From: Tubulanus polymorphus
Lineage: Eukaryota > Animalia > Nemertea
Assembly: GCF_964204645.1 (NCBI RefSeq)
Contig: NC_134026.1
Span: 8,083,950-8,147,949, forward strand
DNA: 64,000 bases
Reading direction: 5' to 3'
This document shows positions 44,855 to 56,592 of the stretch, one piece after another (the stretch's first letter is position 1; the number at the start of each line of letters is the position of its first letter). The position numbers and the translations under genes were made by a program. The notes below the pieces were generated by a model. It did not search any database. It was not told the DNA's origin and was given only the letters and a program-made list of their open reading frames with translations.

Positions 44855-44973
44855 CACAGGGACTTGACACAAAAGGATTTTGACCCCAGTACCCTTAGGT
44901 ACCATATATAAAAAGACTTATATATAGTACCTAGGATACTGGGGTCAAAATCCTTTTGTGTCAAGTACCTGTG
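44855..44973. mobile_element. 119-bp fold-back MITE with 8-bp TSD (P-superfamily-like termini)
   Basis: CACAGG...CCTGTG palindrome flanked by TCTTATCT at 44847-44854 and 44974-44981. Confidence 0.8.
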
Positions 44974-46175
44974 TCTTATCTTCTGTTTCGGGAACATCTT
45001 TCACCTAATCAATTATTCCCAAAAATCAATTAATATAATATTTTATATATCATTTTATAATATACTAACAGGACTCGTCTTCGACAGGTGGTTGATGTGG
45101 AGATATACATATCAGTGGAGACATACACAGCAGCGTCACGTGTCTATAATATGATGATATATTCATGTTCTTTAACAAAGAAACTCCCAACTGCCAATGG
45201 TATAGTTCACTAATTCCTGAATTGATGCCTCATAGTAACCCTTAACTCTAATGCTTACCCTAACCCTAACCCTAATCATTCACATTTTAAACTATACTAA
45301 ACACTTTCCCAAGGTTATTTAGGACCAAAGATTTGTCACATCAACATAAAAAATCCACCGTGCAATAACTGTGATGCGTCCTCCAAAAACCCTTCAACCA
45401 ATTTTAATAGCTATCTAGATACATTATATGTGAATGTTACATATACATGAGTGCCTTTTGTGTTTCGAAATGCCAATATCATCCAAATCATCCGCAACCT
45501 CATTATACGCAATGGATTTATGAGAAAACAAATGAAAATTATGAACACAATTGGCAGTTGAAGGGGTGGGATAATTTTCGTACTTCAGTTCTGGTTGACA
45601 GGTTGCCACCTGTTCTTGTAGTTTACTTAAGTTGTCGACTGTCAACGGTCAAACTGCTGTAAACACTAACCGAATAACGCAGTGTAATTGTTCACAGGCA
45701 CTATCATGTCCTATACTGGACTAGCACCGAATTTTCCATCAGTTGAACTTAAAGAATCAAAATGTGTTGATATCTTTAGGAAACACTGTAATTAAAGAGA
45801 CAGTTAATCGAGTAGTATAATTTCCCTCATTATTTGAATGATTGATATTTTAAGTATTGAAATTTGTCCTGCGTGCGTATGTGCGTGCGATCGTAACGCA
45901 TAAGTTCGCATAAGTTGCTTTTTGACTTCTCTGGATTTTCTGTCTTTTCAGCATTACTCTTGTAATTTCTAAGGCAACATAAATTCGTTCATTCACCCCC
46001 TCCCCGAGTTCGACTGTGCTCCAGCCACCGATCGAAGCTAGAAGCGTCAGCAATTTATATCGATTTAAACCCGCAGAAACAAACATGGGAAAAGCAATTC
46101 ATTTATGATTCTATTTCATTTAGATGTATTTGTTTTCTCGCGATTCGTGTACATATTTTTTTGTATATATATATT

Positions 46176-46703
46176 TTAACCTCTGCTGCGATTGCGGCGC
46201 AATCTTCTACCGCGATCTGATGCGTCGTTTTTCTTCTGCTGATTTTTCTTCGGCTTATTATTTCCACCCCGGCGCTTTCCTCGCTTTCCTCGCTTTCCTT
46301 TCGCAGCCACGTCTGCTTCGACTTCCTCTGGTTCTTCAACTTCATCTGGTTCAGCTATATCTGATTCAGATGTACATTTCGTGGCTAGCTGCTGTTGTAG
46401 TCCCCTTATTCGCACATCTTTCTCGTCCAGTTTTAGTTGGAAGCGTTGGCTTTGTTCCGCGATATTTTCCATGAAACGCGTTTTTTGGTTCTCCATGTTT
46501 TGTTGGATGCGCTGATTTTGGGCTTCCTGCTCTTGTTTGAAGCGCTCATTTTGGTCCGCCTTCTCTTTTTGGTGGCGTTCTTTTATTTTATCTATTCTTT
46601 GTTGGCATTTTTCATCTTTTCCAGCTTCGTTGAATTCGACGAGTAAAGCGACCACTAGTACAACTAGAATACAAACTCGTCCAAGTGTCTTCATTATCCA
46701 CAT
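46176..46703 (-). CDS. Orphan secreted coiled-coil protein with basic tail, paralog B (175 aa)
   Basis: Near-identical signal peptide to paralog A, same Cys positions, CTSESD motif, GKRGKRGKRR tail. Confidence 0.8.
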   Translation of the reverse strand: MWIMKTLGRVCILVVLVVALLVEFNEAGKDEKCQQRIDKIKERHQKEKADQNERFKQEQEAQNQRIQQNMENQKTRFMENIAEQSQRFQLKLDEKDVRIRGLQQQLATKCTSESDIAEPDEVEEPEEVEADVAAKGKRGKRGKRRGGNNKPKKNQQKKNDASDRGRRLRRNRSRG

Positions 46704-47864
46704 CTATCAATGAAACAATAAAACACAAAATATAGCTGCAAAGCAGCGATGACGGGTTTTCTGCAAAGACATTCAGGATGATGGGAATTGTAGTAAATTG
46801 AAATACCGATACATAGAATAAAATGCATTGACAGATTCGAACCTATTCAACCACTGTGTAAACGACAAATGGGGTTCAGCTTTGAAACCGAACTTACGCG
46901 GACGTACAATCAACAAATGTGAATTTATTTGACCAGGCATTTATTTTGGCATTCTAACATCATGATATAACTGTATTTTCTGTCCTATGTCGGGGCATCG
47001 GCAATGCTGCTATGGATTCCCAGGCGAGGATCCGGGCCGCGCGCCACGTTCGCTTATGTTTACTTGGTTATACCGCCCTTCAATTTCTTCTACATTTCAA
47101 TAAAATTGGACTCAATTTTTCTTGGTTAATCAATTTCCAGTAAAACTATACCATATACTCAATGTGAATAACAATTTCTATTTGATGACATTTCCATTTG
47201 GAGCCTAAAATTCCAGTTCAAACTACTTTTTACTGCGTAACTGAGTGCACCGGTGGTTGCATGGTAACTTTCTAGCAACGCTCTTCCGATGTAACTAATT
47301 CAATTTTGCAGTAAGACAATCTAATTTTCATATGTATAATCATTAGGTTAGTGGTTCTAAGTAGAGCTCGGAGCGAACTAATTGATAGTATTCGGAAAGT
47401 CGTGAGCGGAGATTGATCTTACCTCTCTGTGATGAATCCTTGATGAAATCTCGACTGCAGTTTGATTCTATGCGTTCTGAAATAAGCATTCTATAGTATT
47501 TTGTTTTAACGCTTGGAGAAACACTTGAATTTAAGTAACACACTTCGATGACACATGTCAGGATCAGATTGTTGTGACATAAGTCCGGAGCCGCCCGCCC
47601 GTCACGTGGCGGGTGTAGCTTTCACTGACAGGCACAATCAATTTCCGGTGGGCGCGCTTGACTCTGTGACCCCTATATTTCATAAGACTGTGATTTCACC
47701 AATTTCATCTGGTTGTGTTCATAAACTTATAGAGCAATGAGAAACCAAACATGTTGAACCTGCTGATCCTGTCCCGCTGTCTGTGGTTTACATGTAAGTT
47801 CGCGATCGCATATTTTGTTGATATAAGCCCATCCGATTATAAAAGCTTACTACCCCAACGATTA

Positions 47865-48084
47865 GGCTAAACAAAAATGATACCTTGTTTCTCCCCAGCG
47901 GCCGGGTCATTTTTGTAAAATATGATAAAATTTATAAACAGTTCATTTCTATAGCGGCCGGGTCTGTTATGGTTAAATTGATCACGATTTAAAAAAAAGT
48001 AATGTATAGGGTAGATAGGCGGCCGGCCGGGTCAACATTTAAGCTCAGCAGAGCGGAGAAACAAGGTATCAATTTTTTTTAGCC
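47865..48084. mobile_element. ~220-bp MITE, copy 1
   Basis: TIRs GGCTAAA...ATACCTTGTTTCTCC / GGAGAAACAAGGTAT...TTTAGCC; homologous to 50363-50582. Confidence 0.75.
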
Positions 48085-49643
48085 TTAACCATCGAACCGC
48101 TGGATCAGATTCCCCACGTGAATCCTATTCCAATCCGTAGTCAGTCAAAGAAGGCGTCCGATTTGCGAAATTGGGGAGAAAAGGATGAATTCTCCAGGCT
48201 TCTGGCAGGAAAGATTGCCATATTTTCACTAAAAACGGCATAGTGGAAATTTTTGTGCTGTCGACATTTCAAGTGAACCTGCTCTAATTCTGCACTGTAA
48301 TCAGGTTTAGTGCTACTAGATGAGATACTCCGATTTGTAAGATAACTATTCAGGTGCGTAGCCACCGAAAATCCGTTTGTGCGACATACCCTATAATCTG
48401 AGCCCCGAAGGGGCGACATCATGAAGGGAGGTTTTGTAAATATTCTCTCGATTTTCATCTCAGAGATTTATTGGTTAAATCATTTATTTTGGTCCACTTT
48501 TCATAAAGAAAACACCAGCAGAATCAGTGAAATGTAACTAAATAGAAGAATACAACGTATTAAGTCGTACTTAAGTTATAGAAAAAAGTTTTCTGAATTC
48601 GGCAACTTTGATACTGTAAGTACAGGTGCATGGTCCAGATGTGACGTTGTTAACACCATAAACAAAACTCGCAGGAGTCACTGGTTGGATGTCGCCTGCT
48701 CAGAAAATCTCAAGTGCTTTACCAACGGATTTGCCCCCGAATAAAATACGGCGGTTACACCACAGACATTGTCAAAATCAAATGCTCAACAATCTAATTT
48801 CAATATTCAACGCCCCCTGGTGACCATATAAAAAACCCAATGACCTTGAAACCCACCACATTAATAGAACATCGAAAGGCTGAATCCAAGAACATGTCTA
48901 TCGCGGATATCTAACTACGGATTTATACAAAAATAAATCATCATTTTCTAAAATTGGAATAGCTATAGAATTCTGTTTTTAAACATACGATGCTCGCTTT
49001 CTTGGGATACAGAACACGCAAAAGTGCCCTTTTTATAATTTTAGAACGCCCCTTTCAAAATCCTGGCTACGAGCTTGAACCCAGCAATTACAGCTGGCAT
49101 CGATCCTATTCCTAGCGCCGAAGTCACCTATCACCTTCTTAGATATCGGTGCCCTTTTTTGGGAAGGTTTTCTAAATTTGCCCCTGGTTCCTGTATGATT
49201 TGAGACCCACATGCGGAAACACATATTTAGGCTAGATTATCATCAGGACTTTTAGGTGAGATTATGATGTTTTGGGGGTGAATGATTTACGAAAAGGGCA
49301 TCGTCTCATGCATCCGTCCCAGCGCCCTAGTTACAGTGCCGACCACGAGATGGCGTCGGTGTGAAAATAAATGAAACTGTTTTTATCCAATTCAAAATTC
49401 TTATTCGTATAAAAACATCAAAACCATAAAAATACACATTATATACATACAATAAAAACTAATGAGCTTATACGCAATACCGTAATCAATGTAATAAATG
49501 CTTACAGTTACCATAATCATTCTAAAACTATGTATGCAACACATATAATTAGAGTAATTGAGAATCATTAGCACCAAATATGAAATTCTCAAAGTAAAAA
49601 AAAATGTTCAGATTAAAAATAAAACATATTTACAATAAAATAA

Positions 49644-51070
49644 TCAATCATCTATTTCTTGTTTAGAGGAAGTTGATTCAGATGGAGAACCAGGATATGG
49701 AACTAAAGGGAATATACGCGAACTAGCAGTTGACTCCGGAAGTCCTGGAAATATACGAGGACTAGCAGTTGACTCTGGGAGTCCTTGCAAAACATGCGAA
49801 CTTGATTCTGCGTGTCCCAGAAAACATTCAGTGTTATTCGACTCTGGGAGTCCTGGGATCAAAGGAGAGGTGCTAGAAGTTGACTCAGGGAGTCCTTGGA
49901 ATCTGTGAGCGCTGCTAGGTGTTGACTCCGGGAGTCCTGAAAACACGTTAGTACTGCTTGGAGTCGACTCAAACAATGTTGCCTTAGACTTAGGCGTTTC
50001 TTCTTTTCTTTTCCTGTAAATGTCGCCTAGAATTTTATCCATTGTTGCAACACGTTTCTGAGTTCGCGGAGTTTTACTAGTAGCTGAAAATAAACAACCG
50101 ACTCTGGTGAGGGTAGCGGGCTGCAGCGAGTGAAGCGATCTGTGGCAAATTAGTTTTTACCTGGGGTACGTCTGGGAGTTATTTCTGAAGGTTCCGATGA
50201 GAAGGAATCGAAATCAAATTCAGTCGGTATTTCGTCATCAGCTCCATTCCTAAAAATATCGAACAAATAAATAACACACAAATCTTCCACCAGGGGGCGT
50301 CACCAAGGGGGGTTTGGGTGTGGCTGACCTCCTTTTTAAATATTTTGTTCCAAATTTTTTTAGGCTAAACAAAAATAATACCTTGTTTCTCCGCAACGCC
50401 GGGTCATTTTTGTAAAATATGATAAAATTTGTAAAAAGTTCATTTCTATAGCGGCGGGGTCTGTTATGTAAAAATTGATCACGAGTTTAAAAAAAGTAAT
50501 GTATAGGGTAGATACGTGGCCGGTCGGGTCAACTTTAAGACTCGGCAGAGTGTAGAAACAAAGTATCAATTTTTTTTAGCCCTACGTTCCCTTAAACAGG
50601 TCCAGAAAATATCCCTCTCAAGTTTCGAATTTCAAAAATCTAGATTCTTTAAGAACATTCAAGCAATTTCGAGGATTTGAAAATGCTTGTTTGGCTAGTG
50701 CGGTGTTAAGTATGGTTTCTGCTTAATATCGGTTCCGACACCCTTTAGAAAAATCCTAGAAATATCATCAAAAATACATTAATTCCTCTTTATGTATTTT
50801 TGATATCATTCATCATCAGGTAGATATTTACTTCTCATTTTCCTCATCGCTATCATCATCATTGTTATCAGTCACATCGGTTATAGTCTCCGCATCGCTA
50901 GGCAACACACGTCCCGGATTAATCCAGTTGAACTGCAATATTCCATTGTTGTCTCGCAGTTTGTTGTATAATTGTATAATATCAGTAACACTGGGATCGT
51001 CATCCTTCTCATCATCACTCGCCTCTAAACACCAATCATCATCATTTTCTCTTGACGCGGTCGTAGACAT
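49644..51070 (-). CDS. PAGR1: PAXIP1-associated glutamate-rich protein 1 (3 coding exons: 51070-50832, 50249-50161, 50083-49644)
   Basis: DDWCLEASDDE, PSVTDIIQLY..L, PTEFDFD, RRTP and QKRVATMDKILGDI match PAGR1 motifs as I recall them; GT-AG junctions keep the frame. Confidence 0.87.
50363..50582. mobile_element. ~220-bp MITE, copy 2 (PAGR1 intron)
   Basis: Same TIRs and internal sequence as 47865-48084. Confidence 0.75.
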
Positions 51071-51111
51071 CGTTTGTCGGTATCTGAAACTGTTCGAATT
51101 GGGGGTTACAT

Positions 51112-51334
51112 CACAGGGGCTCGTATTTGAAGTTTGGGGGTGAACTGTAGCTTAGATCATCCAGTATCCCTGGTACTATATATATAAAAATAACTTTTTT
51201 AGGGTTAGGGTGAGGATTAGGGTCCATTCTCTAAAAGTCCGTTTTTTAAAAGTTCTTTGTATATATATAGTACCAGGGATACTGGATGATCTAAGCTACA
51301 GTTCACCCCCAAACTTCAAATACGAGCCCCTGTG
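51112..51334. mobile_element. MITE with ~75-bp perfect TIRs, related to 44855-44973
   Basis: CACAGGGGCTCGTATTTGAAG...GGTACTATATATA and its exact reverse complement; GGTTACAT precedes it and recurs 5 nt after the right end. Confidence 0.8.
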
Positions 51335-52029
51335 CCGTGGGTTACATTAAGGTATTAAGGAATATCAGAATAAAATGAATTTGAATTGGACGCACAAAGA
51401 TATGAGAATAATGAGTTCAAAATGTACAGATTTCAACATTCAAAACGCAACGAATAAAAATCACCAAACTTTACCTAAATTTACATCACAGTTTATCAAT
51501 CAAAGCCACAATTTGAGGAAACGCGGGCAGGATTTTAACGATTTTAAACCGTAAAATGTTATTAAATCTCAACGACCTTGAATTGGGTGTCTCTACAACC
51601 GGGACATAGCGCGTCCTTTTACCGGCAACCAGTCCAACTGAAGAAAACCGTTTTAAACCGATGCGAAATACGTGAAATTCTGGATTTGTAAGTGGAAATT
51701 CAGGTAAATATTTGTGTTTAAGATGTAGAGAAAAATGTGTAGAAAAAACTGAATCGTTGAATAACAGCAACAAAACAACGGTAAGAATGAAAGAGGAGAG
51801 GGATAATTCACAATCAGCCCTGACCCCCTAGCGGCAAGAATGAGAGAGGAGAGGGATAATTCGCAATCAGTCCCGAACTGCCCTATATTGAATGTAGTTT
51901 AATTTTGTGATGCCCCCGCCAGGATTTAAATTTTTAAATTAACTTAACAAATGATGCAAAAATAATCTCGCAAAAAATTAGTCGTCTCAGACTGAGATAC
52001 TGTTTGAATATTTCAGAAGACGTAGAGCG

Positions 52030-55000
52030 ATGTCTGATTATATTCTACGCAGAGTTCATCAAGTTATCGATGAATTCATCAAAGACCAAAGAGAAGAAGA
52101 TAATTATATCCACGGTTACCTGGATACAACGAAAGAGAATGCTGCTGATAAATTATTAGATGGTTTACGTTTGGCCCAATCCGCAAACTTCGTACAAAAC
52201 GCTATGAAATACGGTTTATACCATAACTGGTACCCGGGTTAGTATCACAGACACTCACTAGGGGGTGTTACTCCGATTTACTTTACTTTAACAGATACCC
52301 GGGTTAGTATCCGAAACACTCACTAGGTGGTGCTCTGATTTATTTTTATCATTCATAGGTAAATTGATGGCTGTTAATAAAGAGAAGAGGAAAAAGAAAG
52401 AAGATGGCGATGATTTTGATGAAGATTCAATTGATATCAGTAAATCAATAATAGAGGAAACTATGGAGGAAAATGAGGAGGGAGTTATAGAAACAGAGGT
52501 AAAAACAGAACCAACAACAGCAGCTGCAGCAGATAGTGGAGAGATGAAACTGATGAGTAAGTATCCACTCTCACCCCCATCCCCACTTCCCTAACCCCCT
52601 CTCACTCTCTCCCTGTCCGCACACTCCCCTAACCCCCTCTAACTCTCCCCCTCTCCGCACACTCCCCTAAATCCCTCTCACTCTCTTCCTCTCCGCACAC
52701 TCCCCTAACCCCCTCTCACTCTTTTCCTCTCCGCACACTCCCCTAACCCCCTCTCACTCTCTTCCTCTCCGCACACTCCCCTAACCCCCTCTCACTCTCT
52801 TCCTCTCCACACACTCCCCTAACCCCCTCTCACTCTCTTCCTCTCCGCACACTCCCCTAACTCCCTCTAACTCTCCCCCTCTCCGTACACTCCCCTAACC
52901 CCCTCTCACTCTCCCCCTCTCCGTACACTCCCCTACACCCTCTCACTCTCCCCCTCTCCGTACACTCCCCTACACCCCTCTCACTCTTTTCCTCTCCGCA
53001 CACTCCCCTAACCCCTCTAACTCTCCCTCCTCTCTGCACTCCCCTAACCCCCACTCCCCTAACCACCACTCTCCCACACTCCCCTAACCACCACTCGCCC
53101 ACACTCCCCTACACCCCCTCTCACTTTCTCCCTCCTCTTCACACTCCCCTACACCCCCTCTCACTCTCCATCCTCTCCACACTCCCCTAACCCATCTCCC
53201 TCCTCTCCACTCCCCTTCACCCCTATCACTCCCTCCTCTCGGCATTCCTTTCCATCCCCTCTGCACTCCCTTTATCAACCCCTCTCACTCTCCCTCTCCT
53301 TTCTAACCTGATATGTTTCTGAGCCAGCATTCATGTCACTGTGCATGGTCTCATCAAGTTAAACCCCTCCCACTCTCTCTCTCTAATCGGATGTTGTATA
53401 TTTCAGAGCCAGCGTTCAGGTGGTCTCATCCAGTTAAACCCCTCCCATTCGCCTTCTCACTATCATCACTCTCCTCTCTATAATCGGATGTTGTATATTT
53501 CAGAGCCAGCGTTCATGTGGTCTCATCCAGTTATACCGATTAATGGCGAACCGTTTCTAATGAATTATGTGAAGTCTTACAGTTGTTGCTTCGGTAAAAA
53601 CTACCACAAGCCTGGAAGTCGTAGTAAGATACCGGTGAGTATAAATCCTGGAGCCACCCATCTCGTCAGCTGCCTGGAGCCATCCACTTTTGTAATGAAC
53701 ATGTCGTTGTAAATATAATTGTAGCTGACGGAAGAGAACGGCGGTGACGATGACACCGAGGGGAATCCTCCGCCGGCAAAAAAACGTCGCTCCTCGTCCA
53801 GCGTGAAATACGAATGTCCGGCGATGTTGCATTTCCGCGAGTTCAAAACGTTCCCCGGCTACGCGCGCTATCCGAATATATCGAAGTATAAAAAGAACAC
53901 GTTGCGTAATAAACTGATGGAGGCTTTGTGTCAGGGCACGGTGAACTCGGAGATTCGAGTCTACGTATCTATACCGCTACCGGCGGCTCATCTCAATCAC
54001 CCGGTCGGCGCCGAGTCCAGTATGAAACTGCGCATGCACCCGTTAGTGCGTAAAAAAATCTATCAATACGTCGCTGAGGGATGTAACGACAACAAAACGA
54101 TCAAATCGATGCTGCGTCAATACGTGTTGAACGAATTATGCGCCGAAGGTATGAGACCGTTGCCGGATAACCGCAGTTATTACCCAACTGATAAGATGAT
54201 CAACTGCCATCGTCTTATCGCGGCCAGGTACTCGCCCGATCAGCTTCACATGATTAATCTGCAACAGAAAATTCACGTGTGGCAGAAAGATTTCCCCGAT
54301 TCGAAGATCTTCCTGTGCAACGGCAACGAGATCCACACGTCCGCTCAACCTCAGTTAGCTCAGTATAACAGTCAGGGATTCCTGTTTATATATCAGGATT
54401 CCTGGCAGTCCGATCTGTTACAACAGTGCGGTACCGTCTGTTATTTTGATGCCGCTCATCGGTATATCGATGGCTACGATTTCAGACTCTATACACTGTA
54501 TGTGAAGGTGAAGGAACAGTTGTATCTAGCGGCTCTGATAGTGAATTTAGAGGATAGCACCGACGCGCTGATCGATTGTATCCGCGTGCTGCTCTGTTGG
54601 AATCCTCTCTGGCAACCGGAACACATCACCGTCGACTTCTGCTATATACTGATGGCTTCGTTGCAGATAATATTCCCCGAAACGGAGGTCGCCGTCAACG
54701 ACGTCATCCGCAATAGGGAATTCGATGGATGGTGCGAGAAGTCGACCGATCAGGACGTCCGCACCGTGTTCGATCATCTCAATAAGATGATTAACAATCA
54801 CTCGAGGGTCGACCTCGAAATCGAGAAATTCGCGTACGACCTCAGTTTGACGTATCTGTGGCAACTGTCGCCGGAATTCCGCGTTTGGGTCTCCGAGGAT
54901 TTACCGCATTTTCTCAAATTCGTCGCCGACAAGCGCTCGTTGGTGATGAAAGAAGAGGTGCATCGATTGTTGAAACAGAAGAGATTGCGATTCCCCGACG

Positions 55001-56592
55001 GTTCGAATATTCCTCTGCCGCACTCGAACCTCGCTCTCTCGAACGTGCTCTCCTATCTGATCACCGAACACGTGCAAGACGTCCGCCAGTTCTTCCTGAT
55101 GAAGCACGGCGACATCTTGCACGACGAATATTTCTCCGAGGTTCCCGATTATTTGAAGGATCGCCCGAAGCCGTTCGTGCGCCACTGTCAGTTGCAGAAG
55201 ATGGCCGCCGAGAATTTCAAACGCAGCGAAATCGATAGATTCGGGGACGACGGCACGTATTCGATCTCTTTATTCCCCAGTTGTAATCAGAGAGTTGTAT
55301 TTAACCTGACCACTCCAGTCTGTGAGTGTAATATTTGGCAACTCACTAACAACCCTTGTAAACACTTTTTCGCTGCGTTCAATCTTTGCGACGAGACCTG
55401 GTTCTCTTTACCGGATTTCTACAGAAACGACCCGCGCATCACCTGCGCACCGTTACCGGCTCCCAAAGTAGAAATGCCGGCTATGGACTCCGATCCCGAA
55501 TCGTCGGTTGCTTCGTCTCTCGTCGAAGCAGCGCCCCCTAGTGGTAAACCGATGTCGATAGCGGCGTCTGCCGAGCAAATATCGGTGTCGACGGCGACGG
55601 GCAAACCGACCGTTTTCACGGCGATGGTTAAAGATAAAAACGGAGTCGAAACGAAATCATTGTTGGTTCCGTCTGCCGAACAGATTAAACCACCGGAGAA
55701 TTTGAAATCGGTTACGAATTCGTTAGGATACGGGCAGTGTATCATCTGGGTGAATCAGAGCGGAGGTCAGATACCCTATCTAATCACTAAACACAGGGAT
55801 CAACCGATACAAGTGAAATCATTACAGGTCGTAATGCCGGGAGACAAGTCGACATCTCCGGACCAGGATCAGTTGACCAGTCCGATTCACAGGAAAAACA
55901 GACTGGCGACCAGTCCGATAGGCAACGAAAACTCACCGACGTGGAAATCCAAATTACTCGGAAGAATCAAAGAAGATCAGATGAAAACGGAGAAGGAACC
56001 GGCGGTCGGCGAGGAGACGAGCGACGAGTTCATCGAAAACATCATGGAACGAGCGAAATTGGAGGTTTATCTGAAACGTAAAGAATCAATGAGCGACAAC
56101 GTAAAACAAGCTTTACTCGAAAAACAGCAGGAGAACATCGAAAAGGGACGACAATTGAAATCGCAGTTAGTATCGGTAGTCAAAACACCTCCCGCTACAC
56201 CTACGATAACGCCTGCCACACCGGCGGTGACGCCTATCAATCTGCGCAATATCAAACCGAAATCATCACCGACGGAGAGCGCCACTTCGTCCGTTATTAG
56301 AAGCGGTAAACGAGATTTAGTATTGAATAAAGATGAGGTGGTTTTGTTGATTCCGTGGAACGAACAGAAACTACGATCGGCCGATAAAAACGGAGTCGCT
56401 TACGATCGAGCGAACGACGTTCGCAAAATATTGACCACGTGTATTTCGTCGTCGTTTCAAATTCAAAACGTCGAAACGTTCGAACAAGTCGAGAATCTCG
56501 CGATGAAAATTCTCAATATTTTACGATCGCAAAATAAAACCGATTTACCGGTTACGGCTACGGTTACCATAGATACGCCCAGTTCAAAATAA
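52030..56592 (+). CDS. CARF/ALS2CR8-domain protein with MULE transposase-like and SWIM domains (exons ~52030-52237, ~52359-52557, ~53504-53634, ~53725-56592)
   Basis: PINGEPF...SCCFG...CPAMLHFREFKTFPGY...VYVSIPLPAAHLNH (CARF-like); FLFIYQDSWQ..LL...YFDAAH and ITVDF (MULE); CECNIWQLTNNPCKH (SWIM); NLS PPAKKRR; GT-AG introns. Confidence 0.8.
52565..53305. repeat. C-rich ~38-bp intronic minisatellite
   Basis: CACTCCCCTAACCCCCTCTCACTCTCTTCCTCTCCGCA units. Confidence 0.9.

Noticed and set aside
45255-45275. (CCCTAA)n telomere-like tract (similar hexamers at ~51200 and 52590-53200)
   Set aside because: Only about three units or embedded in other repeats; not a telomere.
54136-56285. Several antisense and alternative-frame ORFs inside the CARF-like exon
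   Set aside because: Shadows of a long GC-balanced coding exon with no motifs of their own.
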